Shown: positions 1 to 9,948 of the stretch, piece after piece
Layout: the number at the start of each line of letters is the position of its first letter
Numbering within the stretch: position 1 is the first letter of the stretch
Origin: a bacterium
GTDB lineage: Bacteria > SZUA-182 > DTGQ01 > JAFGSM01
DNA length: 46,549 nt
Direction of reading: 5' to 3'
Assembly: GCA_049472315.1 (NCBI GenBank)
Contig: JBLIRN010000022.1
Coordinates: forward strand, 1 to 46,549
Program-made: the position numbers and the translations under genes
Notes under the pieces: generated by a model
Databases searched by the model: none
The model's input: the letters and a program-made list of their open reading frames with translations, nothing else
What the model was told of the DNA's origin: nothing

Positions 1-966
1 GTTCACACTGGTGAAGACGGCCCAGTCGAAGGTGTCGATGCTGCGGATAACATCTCCCAGCCCGGGGTTTGGTGTTATTGGCTTGAGGTGGATGGTGGGA
101 TATTCGAACACCTCCGCCCCCAGCCCCTCCAGGAGATCCACCAATTGGCTTGCCTGTGCCCTTGACCGGGTGACCACGATCCTCCTGCCGAAGAGCGGCC
201 TTTCTTCAAACCAGTTGAGCCGCTCCCGGAGCCTCACCACCTCCCCGACCACGATGATGGCGGGCGGCTTCAGTCCGGCCTCCTCCACCCTGCGGGGGAT
301 GTCCTCCAGGGTGCCTGTGATGGTGCGTTGGGTATTGAGCGTACCCCAACGGATGACCGCTGCGGGGGTCTCGGCCGGACGCCCGAATTTCAGCAGGGTG
401 CTGCAGATGAGGGGAAGGTTCTTCACCCCCATGAGGAAAACCAGTGTTCCGGGACCTGTTGCCAGTTCCCTCCAGGGAATGGTGGATTCATCCTTTTCCG
501 GCCTCTCGTGCCCGGTGATGAATGCAACAGCAGGGGTAAAATCGCGGTGGGTGAGGGGTATGCCGGCATACGCAGGCACGGCAATGGCGGAGGTGATGCC
601 GGGCACCACCTCGAAGGGGATTGTATGTGCGGCCAGGTATTCCGCCTCCTCGCCACCCCTTCCGAAGATAAAGGGGTCACCCCCCTTGAGCCGCACCACC
701 AGCTTCCCTGCCTTGGCATGTTCCACGAGGAGCTCGTTTATCCTATCCTGGGGGAGGGTATGCCTCGATGCCTCCTTTCCCACGTAGATCATCTCCGCTT
801 CCGAAGAGGCCTCACAGAGGAGCTTCGGGCTGGCCAGGTGGTCGTACACGATGACCTCAGCCCTGCGGATGAGATCCAGGACCTTGACCGTGGCCAGCCC
901 CGGATCGCCAGGGCCTGTTCCTGCGAGGTATACCATGCCCCGCTTATTCGAACCGTGTATATCCAT
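1..966 (-). CDS. cobA: Uroporphyrinogen-III C-methyltransferase / uroporphyrinogen-III synthase fusion (CobA-HemD), truncated by the left window edge
   Basis: Not in the ORF track because it runs off the edge. Read by hand from ATG at 966: MDIHGSNKRGMVYLAGTGPGDPGL...VVRLKGGDPFIFGRGGEEA...VVPGITSAIAVPAYAGIP, then a HemD-type segment RPLFGRRIVVTRS...FDWAVFTSVN. Lies directly downstream of hemC. Confidence 0.93.
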   Translation of the reverse strand, partial: MDIHGSNKRGMVYLAGTGPGDPGLATVKVLDLIRRAEVIVYDHLASPKLLCEASSEAEMIYVGKEASRHTLPQDRINELLVEHAKAGKLVVRLKGGDPFIFGRGGEEAEYLAAHTIPFEVVPGITSAIAVPAYAGIPLTHRDFTPAVAFITGHERPEKDESTIPWRELATGPGTLVFLMGVKNLPLICSTLLKFGRPAETPAAVIRWGTLNTQRTITGTLEDIPRRVEEAGLKPPAIIVVGEVVRLRERLNWFEERPLFGRRIVVTRSRAQASQLVDLLEGLGAEVFEYPTIHLKPITPNPGLGDVIRSIDTFDWAVFTSVN

Positions 967-977
967 AGAAAGACACC

Positions 978-1922
978 CTATTCAGGACACTCCTCCACCC
1001 GTGCAAGTATTTCCTCGAGGATTTCCGCAGCCCCCTCTGCAAGGAGCTGCTCGGCGAGTCTGATACCCAGTTCATCGGGGTCATCGGGGGAACCGACCAC
1101 CGTGTCGCGAATCATCTCCGCACCGTTCAGGCTGGCCACCATACCATCGAGGACCAGGGTGGTGTCCCTGATCTCGGCGTATCCCGCAATGGGTACCTGG
1201 CAGGTTCCGCCGAGCCTGTTCAGAAAAGCCCGTTCCGTGCTTACCGCAATGGAGGTTGCTGGATCATCAAGGGACTCTACGATGTCCCTCACCCGGTCGT
1301 TGTCCTCCCTGATCTCGATGCCCAGGGCGCCCTGGGCGATTGCAGGCAGGCAGATGTCGGTGGGGAGATATTCGGTCACCCGGTCGTACAATCCGAGCCT
1401 GTTGAGACCCGCAGCGGCCACGATGACCGCGTTGAGGCCGTCCTGTCCCTCGATCCGTCTGAGGCGGGTCTCCACGTTCCCCCTGATCTGCACGATGTGG
1501 AATGTCGGGAAGTGATGAAGGATCTGGGATTGCCGCCTGAGGCTGCTCGTTCCCACCAGTGCCTCTGGAGGAAGGTGTTTCAGGATGGTGTTATCCTTCG
1601 CCACCAGGACATCCCTGGGGTCCTCCCGTGCCGGGATGGCGGCGACGGTCAGTCCCTCCACCAGCCTGGTGGGGAGGTCCTTCATGCTGTGGACGGCGAG
1701 GTCCACCTCGCTACGCAACAGGGCATCCTCGATCTCCTTTATGAAAAGCCCCTTGCCGCCGATTTCGGCGAGGGGGGCATCCAGGATCTTGTCGCCCTTG
1801 GTGCTGATGGGCACCAGCTCTATCTCCCCCTCCCACCCCTTCTTCCTCAGGGTGTCTTTGACCCACTGGGCCTGCCACATTGCAAGCTTGCTTGCCCTTG
1901 TCCCTATCTTCAATGTCTCCAT
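978..1922 (-). CDS. hemC: Hydroxymethylbilane synthase (porphobilinogen deaminase)
   Basis: IGTRASKLAMWQA, GGKGLFIKEIE, AVHSMKD, GTSSLRR, RGNVETRL and GGTCQVP motifs. Confidence 0.98.
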   Translation of the reverse strand: METLKIGTRASKLAMWQAQWVKDTLRKKGWEGEIELVPISTKGDKILDAPLAEIGGKGLFIKEIEDALLRSEVDLAVHSMKDLPTRLVEGLTVAAIPAREDPRDVLVAKDNTILKHLPPEALVGTSSLRRQSQILHHFPTFHIVQIRGNVETRLRRIEGQDGLNAVIVAAAGLNRLGLYDRVTEYLPTDICLPAIAQGALGIEIREDNDRVRDIVESLDDPATSIAVSTERAFLNRLGGTCQVPIAGYAEIRDTTLVLDGMVASLNGAEMIRDTVVGSPDDPDELGIRLAEQLLAEGAAEILEEILARVEECPE

Positions 1923-2036
1923 GGCCGTGGCCTTGCTTCCTTTTTCCCTAAATGGTTTTAGTGATGTATTGCCGGTGTTGAATGCGACCCTTGCGCCCCC
2001 TGACTCAAGGATACCCGATTATCCCGAATCCCTCGG

Positions 2037-3302
2037 TCAATCCTTCAAGCCGAAGAGCTCCCTGGCGGCATTGATCAGGGCATCCAGATCCTTGGGATTC
2101 TCTGCCCCCTTGAGCCGGGCGATGGGGTGATGCAGGATTTTTTTGATCATGGCCCTGGTCATGGCGTCGAGGACCTCCCGCTGGCCGTTTTCAAGCCCCG
2201 AAAGACGGGAGAATGCCTTCTGCAACTCCCGTGCCCTGATCTCCTCCATGCGCGTGCTCAACTGGCTGATGGTCGGCACCGCCTTGGTGAGTGCACACTC
2301 CTTGGCGAACCGCTCCAACTCCTGATCGATGATCTCCGATGCCCTCTTCGCCTCCTTCTGTCGTTCCTTGATGTTTGCCTCGACCACCATCTGAAGGTCA
2401 TCGATGTCATAAAGGTACACATTATCACATTTGTTCGCCTCCGGGTCAATATCGCGGGGCACGGCGATATCGATCAGGAACATGGGCCGGTTCTTCCTTC
2501 TGTGCAATGCCGCCGTGATATCGGATCTGGTGAGGATGAGGTGGGGGGCCCCGGTGGAGGTAATCACGATGTCCGCCTGGTCCAGGGTTTCGTTGATCCG
2601 GTCGAAGGGGACGGGTTCGCCGCCGAAGAGCCGGGCCAGTTCCTGCGCTCGTGACATGGTCCTGTTTGCCACCAGGATGGTGGTGACCCCGTTGCCGATC
2701 AGGTGCCGGGCGGCCAGTTCGCTCATCTCCCCGGCGCCGATGAGGAGGACCACCTTGTCCGCAAGCTCCCCGAATATCTTTCGTGCGAGCTCCACCGCGG
2801 CAAAGCTGACGGATACCGCATTCTGCGCGATTCCCGTCTCGGTCCTGACCTTCTTGGCAACCCTGAGGGCCTGGTTCATGAGGTTATTAAGGAGGGGACC
2901 TACGGTCCCGGTCTCCTGCGCGCACTGGATGGCGTCCTTCACCTGGCCGAGTATCTGGGGCTCACCCACCACCATGGACTCCAGGCTGGAGGTCACGCGG
3001 AACAGGTGCCTGGCCGCATCGATCCCCAGATGGTGATAGAATCCCTGGGGAAGGTCCCTTGCATCGAGTTTGTGGAAATCCAGAAGATACTCGCCGATCT
3101 CCCGGATTCCCGTTCCCTCCTTTTTTATCACCGCCACCACCTCGGTGCGGTTGCAGGTGGATATGATGAGGCATTCCCTGATGCTGGGAAGCCCGTGAAT
3201 ACCCTTGAGCGCCGCCGGAACCTGTTGTGGTGAAAAGGCGAGCCGCTCACGCACCTCGATGGGGGTGGTGTGGTGGCTTGCACCGACCAGACAGATTTCC
3301 AT
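2037..3302 (-). CDS. hemA: Glutamyl-tRNA reductase
   Basis: STCNRTE catalytic motif, SLESMVVGEPQILGQVK, GAGEM NADPH site, DIAVPRDID. Confidence 0.98.
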   Translation of the reverse strand: MEICLVGASHHTTPIEVRERLAFSPQQVPAALKGIHGLPSIRECLIISTCNRTEVVAVIKKEGTGIREIGEYLLDFHKLDARDLPQGFYHHLGIDAARHLFRVTSSLESMVVGEPQILGQVKDAIQCAQETGTVGPLLNNLMNQALRVAKKVRTETGIAQNAVSVSFAAVELARKIFGELADKVVLLIGAGEMSELAARHLIGNGVTTILVANRTMSRAQELARLFGGEPVPFDRINETLDQADIVITSTGAPHLILTRSDITAALHRRKNRPMFLIDIAVPRDIDPEANKCDNVYLYDIDDLQMVVEANIKERQKEAKRASEIIDQELERFAKECALTKAVPTISQLSTRMEEIRARELQKAFSRLSGLENGQREVLDAMTRAMIKKILHHPIARLKGAENPKDLDALINAARELFGLKD

Positions 3303-3317
3303 TGCTCCCCGGTTTCC

Positions 3318-4133
3318 CTATAAAAACGTGTGTAGCCCCTTCATGATGAGGCTCACACCCAGAAAGGTGAACAGGACGAAAATGAAACCGATGATCGCCA
3401 GGTATGCCGCCTTTTTCCCCCGCCATCCCACCGCCACCCGTGTATGGATCAGGGCGGCATAGATGAACCACGTGATGAGCGACCAAGTCTCCTTCGGGTC
3501 CCAGCTCCAGTAGGAGCCCCACGCGCTGCTCGCCCACATGGCCCCGGTGATTATGGCGATGGTCAGGCAGGGGAATCCGAAGGCGAGGACCTTGTGGCTC
3601 AGGAAATCGAGCACCTCCAAAGAGGGAAGGCGGTAGTAGAATGCCCCGGGCTTTTTCCGCTTGAGTTGGTGTTCCTGTATGAGATAGATGATGGCAAGAC
3701 AGAATGCCACCGCAAAGGTTCCGTATCCCAGGAATGCCGATATGGTGTGGATCCCCCGCCAGGCGCTTTGCAGGGCGGGATTGAGGGGCTCTATGTGGGA
3801 GGGGAGCGCCAGGGAATACATCAGGGATACGGAGGCCAGGGGAAGGACGAAGGAGCCGAGTGAGGGGATATGCGACTTGTAATCACATATCAGGTACACC
3901 AGTATGGTGGCCCAGGTAAAGAACCACATGGACTCATACAAAGAGATGACCGGGAAGTGACCGGCCTCGACGTATCGGATGAGCATGGCCAGGGTGTGGA
4001 GGGCGAACCCCACAATGGTCAGTATCCTGCCTGCCTTTGCCATGCCCTCCCGCATGTTGAACAGGTACATAAGGTACATCACGGTGGCGATCAAATAGAT
4101 GCTGAGGGCCAGCTTGAAAAGGTGAATGTTCAC
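3318..4133 (-). CDS. ccsA: Cytochrome c biogenesis CcsA / HemX-like membrane protein
   Basis: Multiple TM helices and a WWD-type motif WASSAWGSYWSWDPKETW; sits inside the hem operon. Confidence 0.9.
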   Translation of the reverse strand: MNIHLFKLALSIYLIATVMYLMYLFNMREGMAKAGRILTIVGFALHTLAMLIRYVEAGHFPVISLYESMWFFTWATILVYLICDYKSHIPSLGSFVLPLASVSLMYSLALPSHIEPLNPALQSAWRGIHTISAFLGYGTFAVAFCLAIIYLIQEHQLKRKKPGAFYYRLPSLEVLDFLSHKVLAFGFPCLTIAIITGAMWASSAWGSYWSWDPKETWSLITWFIYAALIHTRVAVGWRGKKAAYLAIIGFIFVLFTFLGVSLIMKGLHTFL

Positions 4134-4756
4134 ACCAGTTCCTCCAGGCGCCTTTGCGCCTCGTGCGTTTTCCCCTCTTTGAGGAGCTGCAGGAGATCGG
4201 AATCCACAATGCGGTAAAAGATCTCCCGTCTTTTTTCAGGGTCGGGAATGGCGGCAAGGACCCTTTCGCGCACCCCGTCGACGAGGTCCAGAAATTGCGC
4301 GTATTCGGGGCCGAATTCACCCTCCAGCCGTTCCCGTATCCTGCGGGCGAGGGCAGGGCTCTTGCCGTTGGTGGAGATGCTGATCTGAAGGTCGCCCCGC
4401 CTCAGGGTGGCGGGGACGATGAAATTGGAAAGAAGGGGCTGGTCCACCACATTGATCAGGCAGCGCCCCTCCTTGGCCTCCCGGGCAACCTCACGGTTGG
4501 TCTCATCCGAGTCGGTGGCCACAATGACCGTCCACATCCCCCGGCAGTCTCCCTTCGTATAGCAGCGCCTTTTAAGGGTAATCTCTCCTGTGCTCGCCAT
4601 CTCGGCAATCCGGGGGGTCACCTCCGGACTGACCAGGGTTACCCGGGCGCCGCAGGATAGCAGCGTCTGCACCTTCCGCTCCGCCACGGCCCCGCCGCCG
4701 ACCACCAGGCAATCGGCATTCTCCAGATCGATGCTAATGGGATAGTATCTCGGCAT
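4130..4756 (-). CDS. Precorrin-2 dehydrogenase / sirohydrochlorin ferrochelatase (SirC / CysG N-terminal type)
   Basis: YYPISIDL, VVGGGAVAERK Rossmann motif, NVVDQP, ISTNGKSPALAR. Confidence 0.93.
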   Translation of the reverse strand: MPRYYPISIDLENADCLVVGGGAVAERKVQTLLSCGARVTLVSPEVTPRIAEMASTGEITLKRRCYTKGDCRGMWTVIVATDSDETNREVAREAKEGRCLINVVDQPLLSNFIVPATLRRGDLQISISTNGKSPALARRIRERLEGEFGPEYAQFLDLVDGVRERVLAAIPDPEKRREIFYRIVDSDLLQLLKEGKTHEAQRRLEELV

Positions 4757-5001
4757 TTTTTCCCAGGATGTTAAAATTCATGCAACGGTCTTCGTAAGGA
4801 TACCCCAAAAACGGGTATTCTGCAATAATGGCCATTGTTATAAGTGTAGCGTGGAGTCACATATTGACCCATTGAGTTTGAATTTTGGAGTGAACTCTTA
4901 TGCCTTGGGCGTGGAAAGGTCTAACCCTTGTTTATTCTTTCCTCGATTTTCTCCTGCAGATAGGAGAATCCATTCTCAATGTAATATTTCCGAATATTGC
5001 T

Positions 5002-5592
5002 CTAAAGAATGGAGCCCAGCTTGACCTTGAAATCTTTCTCTTTAAACTGGACCACTTTTTTCTTAAATGTGATGAATGCTTCATGGCCCAATTCCGGAAG
5101 AGGAATGCCCCTCCGAAGCAAGAATTCTATATCAAAACAGTCCCTGATCTCTCTGCGGTCAAAAAAGGCCGCGCACTTATTTTTCATGGTTTGTTCCAGG
5201 GGGTGCGTTCTGAGTATGACCTGCCTGGTGCTGAATTTCGAAAACGCAATGCTGTCCTGAAAATCGCAATCCTTAACCCCTTTCCGTATCTCGATTTTTA
5301 ACCGTTTCGGATACCGAGGGGAACGTATTTCAAACAAAAGGGTATGATGCCTTATCTCCGCATCGGTCAGTTCGTAATCCTGTTGAAGGATCTTCTGAAG
5401 TGCATCGAAAAAGGTTGTATCCTCGGTCCTTTTGAGGAACCAGAAGTCGAGGTCAACGGAATAACGGTTCAACTCGTGACATAGTCTAAGCATCGTTCCG
5501 CCGCCAAAGACCAGGGTATCCAACATCCTGGTGCTTTTCATCTTGTCCGGCACCTCTATTTCAAAGATTTCATGCCCTTCCAAGATATCCAT
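5002..5592 (-). CDS. AbiEii/AbiGii-family nucleotidyltransferase toxin (type IV TA), probably prematurely terminated; the frame continues to 4921
   Basis: FGGGTMLRL and RYSVDLDF nucleotidyltransferase motifs, plus K..A..DR...RD.FD. Overlaps the upstream AbiEi-like gene. TAG at 5002-5004 is followed by 26 more open codons. Confidence 0.82.
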   Translation of the reverse strand: MDILEGHEIFEIEVPDKMKSTRMLDTLVFGGGTMLRLCHELNRYSVDLDFWFLKRTEDTTFFDALQKILQQDYELTDAEIRHHTLLFEIRSPRYPKRLKIEIRKGVKDCDFQDSIAFSKFSTRQVILRTHPLEQTMKNKCAAFFDRREIRDCFDIEFLLRRGIPLPELGHEAFITFKKKVVQFKEKDFKVKLGSIL

Positions 5593-6163
5593 GTCTTTCC
5601 AGCGCCTTTTGTGTTTTCAGAGGAAATTGCCGGCTCATTCTTTTCACATGATCCATGTTCAGCTTGCCGATATCCATGGACGAGAGATCCAAATCATAAC
5701 GACCGAGCGACATGAGATAGATCGCATCAAGAAATGCCTTCTCGGCCGTTGCCATGAAGAAGCCCTTCTGTTTTACAAACCCGAAATACAAATCTGCGTT
5801 GATCCTCGTGTACCAAAAGACCGCCCTGTCAAAGCTGATCTCCTTTGTCCTTTTCACAGCCACCGATTCAAACAAATCCCGCTGCACCTGCGTGGTGATC
5901 TCGTGATAATCAAGAGCGGTCATGAGTGAGATATATGAAGGAACCTGTGCAAGATTGGCAATGATAAACCTTTCCTCTGTGCCGACGGTATCCCATTTCT
6001 CTTTCAACACATACATATTTTTTTTCACCCGCACCAGGAGGCCATGCCTGACATAACGGTTGGCTGTCACTTTAGCGGATGGCCGGCTGATGCCGAGGGC
6101 CTTGGCTATGGCCTCATAGCCAAAATAGAGTCTTTTTATTCTTTTAAGTTCCTGAGGTCTCAT
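5570..6163 (-). CDS. AbiEi-like antitoxin / transcriptional regulator (type IV TA)
   Basis: N-terminal wHTH (LLVRVKKNMY), PSYISLMTALDYHEITTQ and ATAEKAFLD motifs. Likely start is ATG 6163 rather than the track start 6259. Confidence 0.82.
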   Translation of the reverse strand: MRPQELKRIKRLYFGYEAIAKALGISRPSAKVTANRYVRHGLLVRVKKNMYVLKEKWDTVGTEERFIIANLAQVPSYISLMTALDYHEITTQVQRDLFESVAVKRTKEISFDRAVFWYTRINADLYFGFVKQKGFFMATAEKAFLDAIYLMSLGRYDLDLSSMDIGKLNMDHVKRMSRQFPLKTQKALERHGYLGRA

Positions 6164-6176
6164 CAGATATAGATAG

Positions 6177-6192
6177 TTAACATTTTTGTTAA
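6177..6192. promoter_or_regulatory. Inverted repeat TTAACA-N4-TGTTAA, candidate AbiEi autoregulatory operator
   Basis: Perfect 6-bp inverted repeat 14 bp upstream of the AbiEi start. AbiEi proteins are known to autorepress via promoter inverted repeats. Confidence 0.4.
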
Positions 6193-6580
6193 TTATGTGT
6201 ACTCCATAAAAACGATCTTGTCGAGCCGCAAGATATGCCAAAGATGCCGGCATTGTCACGTATAAGGCCTAGGGGGCAATGGGAATTCCACCTATGGAGA
6301 CGGCCTTCCTTTTATATCCCTTCCGTTAAAGGTGCGGGCTGCCGCCTGTGCTTTTCGAATATATACGTGCGGGTGTCGTTTATGGGCGTCCGGCAGGAGG
6401 CACGCAGAGCTCCATCGCCCGAGACTCGAAACCGGTTTGTATATCATGTATATTGTTATCATAATAGTATCTTTCCTATAAAATCTGCCACTTATTCATT
6501 GCTGGAAGTAGTGCCCTGTGTTTAGGATGCTCGGTGGCCGCAGACTGGTTAGATTGCCGTAGACTGGTTTTATTTCGATT

Positions 6581-7468
6581 TTGTTGGAGGGAACGCTGAC
6601 ATTCTCCGGATCACAATTGCTCCTTTTCACCGTCCGCGGGCTGATGGTCGGAAGCGTCTATGCCCTCATCGCCCTCGGGTTTCAGATCATCTATAACACC
6701 ACCGGGATCATCAACTTCGCCCAGGGGGAGTTTGTGATGCTCGCCGGGGTGGTGGCGGGATGGCTTCATGACGTCCACCACGTTCCCCTGTGGGTGGCTA
6801 TTCTGGCTGCACTTGCCGGGGTGACCCTCGCGGGGGTGCTGATGGAATGGCTCACCATCAGACCTGCGGCCGACGCGAGCCTGCTCATCCTGATCATCAT
6901 CACCCTGGGGGTCTCCATCATACTCAAGGCCCTGGCCTCGCTTTTCTGGGGCACGGACCCCTTTTTCCTCCCCGACCTTTCAAAAGGGGCGGTTTTCCGC
7001 CTGGCCGGCGTCCATGTGGAGGGACAGTACCTGGTGATCATGGGGAGCACCGTGCTGATCATGCTTCTCCTGGGGGCGTTCTTCCGATACACCCGCACCG
7101 GATTCGCCATGCGCGCCTGCTTCTTCAACCGCCCCGGCGCCCGGCTGGTGGGGATCAAAGTCCAGCGCGTTTCAACCATCTCCTTCGGCATGAGCGCCCT
7201 CCTCGGAGGGATATGCGGCATCCTGGTGACCCCGGTCCTCTCCATGAACTTCGCCCAGGGCACCATGCTCGGGTTGAAGGGATTCTGTGCGGCCATCCTC
7301 GGAGGCATGGGAAATCCCCTGGGCAGCGTGATCGGCGGGCTGAGCATCGGGCTCCTGGAGCAACTGAGCTGCTGGTTTTCCTCCGTCTATCGGGACACCC
7401 TGGCCCTCACCATCGTGGTGATCATGCTCATCCTTCGTCCGCAGGGGATACTCGGGGAGGGAGGGTGA
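6581..7468 (+). CDS. livH: Branched-chain amino acid-type ABC transporter permease (LivH-like)
   Basis: GSVYALIALGF, INFAQGEF, TRTGFAMRA, LKGFCAAILGG. Start codon uncertain (TTG 6581, or CTG 6596 after GGAGG). Confidence 0.92.
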   Translation: MLEGTLTFSGSQLLLFTVRGLMVGSVYALIALGFQIIYNTTGIINFAQGEFVMLAGVVAGWLHDVHHVPLWVAILAALAGVTLAGVLMEWLTIRPAADASLLILIIITLGVSIILKALASLFWGTDPFFLPDLSKGAVFRLAGVHVEGQYLVIMGSTVLIMLLLGAFFRYTRTGFAMRACFFNRPGARLVGIKVQRVSTISFGMSALLGGICGILVTPVLSMNFAQGTMLGLKGFCAAILGGMGNPLGSVIGGLSIGLLEQLSCWFSSVYRDTLALTIVVIMLILRPQGILGEGG

Positions 7469-8499
7469 TGTATCCGAGGCCGGTATCGCGCCTGAAGCTC
7501 TACAGGGGACAGCTCTTCCTGACCCCGCTTGTTATCGCCGCGCCGCTCCTTGTACCCGGTTCGTACGTCTATCTCATCGATCTGTTCAGCCTATGCGGCA
7601 TTTACGCCCTCATTGTGGGGGGGCTTACCCTGCTCATGGGATTCGCAGGGCAGATCTCCCTGGGGCATGCGGCGTTTTACGCCCTGGGCGCCTATTGCTC
7701 GGCGCTTTTTTCACTGCGCTGGGGATTCCCCCTCTGGCTTTCCGCCATCATCGCCCTCGTCGTCACCGGCATCTTTTCCCTGGTCATGGGCTATCCCCTC
7801 ATGCGGCTGAAGAGCCACTACCTTGCCCTTGCCACCCTGTGTCTGGGGGTCATTGTGTACGAGGGGATAAACCGATCGGAATCGCTCACCGGGGGGGCGA
7901 ACGGGCTCTTCAATGTCCCCCGGCTGATGATCGGGGGGTATGACCTGAGCAGACCGCTTCCCCGTTACTACCTGGTATGGGGGCTGGTCCTGCTGATGAC
8001 CGTATGGCTCTGCAATATCTTCGATTCAGGACTGGGAAGGGGGCTTCGCGCCATCCATGCCGATGAATCCGCTGCCCAGGCCTTCGGCGTGGACGTGAAC
8101 CGGTACAAGCTCGCCGTGTTCGTGGGCTCCGGTGTATTGGGCGCCCTGGGAGGCATCCTCTACGCCCACCTCTATAGCCCCTCCTATCTCGGGCCGGAGG
8201 AGTTCAACCTCATGGTCTCCATAAAGCTGGTGGTCATGGTGGTGATCGGGGGGCTGGGGAGCGTGTGGGGAGGGATCGCAGGGGCCATCATCCTGACCAC
8301 CCTCCACGAGGTACTCTCCCTCATCGGGGAGACGTTCCGCATCGTGCTGATCGCGCGGATAGAGCCATTCTTGTATGGCTTGATCCTGGTGTTGATCATG
8401 ATCTTCTTCCCCGAGGGGTTCATACCGGGGATGAAGCGGGGGATTGTTGAACTCTGGAAGAAACGGACGAAAAGGGATGCCCATCCTGGGAGCATATGA
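7468..8499 (+). CDS. livM: Branched-chain amino acid-type ABC transporter permease (LivM-like)
   Basis: GFAGQISLGHAAFYALGAY, GRGLRAI, VVIGGLGS. True start is ATG 7468, overlapping the livH stop (TGATG); the 5' extension in the track is spurious. Confidence 0.92.
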   Translation: MYPRPVSRLKLYRGQLFLTPLVIAAPLLVPGSYVYLIDLFSLCGIYALIVGGLTLLMGFAGQISLGHAAFYALGAYCSALFSLRWGFPLWLSAIIALVVTGIFSLVMGYPLMRLKSHYLALATLCLGVIVYEGINRSESLTGGANGLFNVPRLMIGGYDLSRPLPRYYLVWGLVLLMTVWLCNIFDSGLGRGLRAIHADESAAQAFGVDVNRYKLAVFVGSGVLGALGGILYAHLYSPSYLGPEEFNLMVSIKLVVMVVIGGLGSVWGGIAGAIILTTLHEVLSLIGETFRIVLIARIEPFLYGLILVLIMIFFPEGFIPGMKRGIVELWKKRTKRDAHPGSI

Positions 8500-9235
8500 C
8501 ATAACCTGCCGCTTCGGTGGCCTGGTGGCGGTGGACGGTATCACCTTCGAGGTGGAGCAGGGGGAGATGGCGGCCATCATCGGCCCCAATGGTGCGGGAA
8601 AGACGACCATCTTCAACCTGTTGAGCGGATTTGTACCCCTCGCAGGGGGGGAGGTCCGCTTCAAGGGGAAGAGGATCAACCGCTGGCCGACCAATCGCCT
8701 GGCACACGCGAGGATGATCCGCACCTTTCAGGACGCCCGCCTTTTCCGGAACATGAGCGTCCTGGAAAACTGCCTGGTGGGGATGCATGCGCACGGCACC
8801 ACCGGACTCGTGCGTACCTCTCTCAGGATGGGTTCGGTCGTGCGGGCGGAGGCGGCACTCATGAAACGTGCATACGGCATATTGGAGCGGATCGGGCTGG
8901 AGGGGCGAGCGCACGAGAGGGCAGGGGAGATCCCATTCGGGGAACAGCGGTTGCTCGAGCTTGCCAGGGCCGAGGCAGCGGAGCCCGAGCTTCTTCTCCT
9001 GGATGAGCCGGCTGCAGGGCTCAACGTCATGGAGACCTCCCACCTTGATCGGCAGATAAGACGGCTCAATCAATCGGGGATCACCATCGTGGTCATCGAG
9101 CATGACATGCGCCTGGTCATGAGCCTCGCCACCCGGATTATCGTGATAAACAGCGGCAGGAAGATCACCGAAGGGACGCCGGAGCAGGTGCAGAACGACC
9201 CTGCGGTGATCGAGGCATATCTCGGGGGTGCCTGA
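8477..9235 (+). CDS. livG: ABC transporter ATP-binding protein (LivG-like)
   Basis: FGGLVAV, GPNGAGKTT Walker A, LLLDEPAAG, IEHDM, VIEAYLG. Confidence 0.93.
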   Translation: MPILGAYDITCRFGGLVAVDGITFEVEQGEMAAIIGPNGAGKTTIFNLLSGFVPLAGGEVRFKGKRINRWPTNRLAHARMIRTFQDARLFRNMSVLENCLVGMHAHGTTGLVRTSLRMGSVVRAEAALMKRAYGILERIGLEGRAHERAGEIPFGEQRLLELARAEAAEPELLLLDEPAAGLNVMETSHLDRQIRRLNQSGITIVVIEHDMRLVMSLATRIIVINSGRKITEGTPEQVQNDPAVIEAYLGGA

Positions 9236-9948
9236 TGCTGAAGACCATACACCTGTGTGCTGGCTACGAGGACATACCGATCCTCAACGGCATCTCCTTG
9301 CACGTGGACGAGGGGGAGGTGGTCACCCTCATAGGGGGGAACGGTGCGGGGAAGAGCACGGTGCTGAAGGCGATCACCGGTCAGATCCCGGTGCGGGAGG
9401 GCAGGATCTTCTTTTGCGACCGGCGCATCGACGGTCTTTCGCCGGAGCGGATCGTTCGTCTCGGCCTCTGCCTCGTGCCCGAGGACCGGGGGCTGTTCGG
9501 AGGCATGACCGTGGAGGAGAACCTCAGACTTGGCTCCTATCGGCTGCGATTGGGCGCGAGGGAACTGAGAAAGGCAATGGATGATGTCTGGGAGCTGTTT
9601 CCCCGGCTCAAGGAGCGGGTGCAGCAGAGGGCCCGGACACTAAGCGGCGGGGAACAGCAGATGCTCGCTATTGCCAAGGGATTGATGGCAAGCCCGCGGT
9701 TGATGCTCCTGGACGAGCCCTCCGTGGGGCTCGCCCCCCAGTTGGTCAGGGAGATCTTCTCCCGCATTATATTGCTGAAGCAGCGGGGGGTCACCCTCCT
9801 CCTGGTCGAGCAGAACGTGCGCCATGCCCTGGACTGTGCGGACCGCGGCTATGTGATGGAACGGGGGCGGATCGTGATCGAGGGAAGCGGCAGGGAGCTT
9901 CGGGAGAACGAGGAGGTCAGGAAGGCGTACCTGGGGGTTCAGGATTAG
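9235..9948 (+). CDS. livF: ABC transporter ATP-binding protein (LivF-like)
   Basis: GGNGAGKST, LSGGEQQMLAI, LLDEPS, VEQN, VRKAYLG. Confidence 0.94.
   Translation: MLKTIHLCAGYEDIPILNGISLHVDEGEVVTLIGGNGAGKSTVLKAITGQIPVREGRIFFCDRRIDGLSPERIVRLGLCLVPEDRGLFGGMTVEENLRLGSYRLRLGARELRKAMDDVWELFPRLKERVQQRARTLSGGEQQMLAIAKGLMASPRLMLLDEPSVGLAPQLVREIFSRIILLKQRGVTLLLVEQNVRHALDCADRGYVMERGRIVIEGSGRELRENEEVRKAYLGVQD

Noticed and set aside
11..1515. Long + strand ORFs 11..787 and 328..1515, and similar antisense ORFs elsewhere (e.g. 10609..11841, 13789..15267, 43795..44928)
   Set aside because: Antisense shadows of well-supported GC-rich genes with no recognisable motifs.
6260..6530. Possible riboswitch between abiEi and livH
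   Set aside because: I could not match conserved cores of c-di-GMP, SAM, TPP, cobalamin or T-box elements.
6790..7467. N-terminal extension of livM in the 569-aa track ORF
   Set aside because: Overlaps livH out of frame. LivM-like sequence begins at ATG 7468, coupled to the livH stop.
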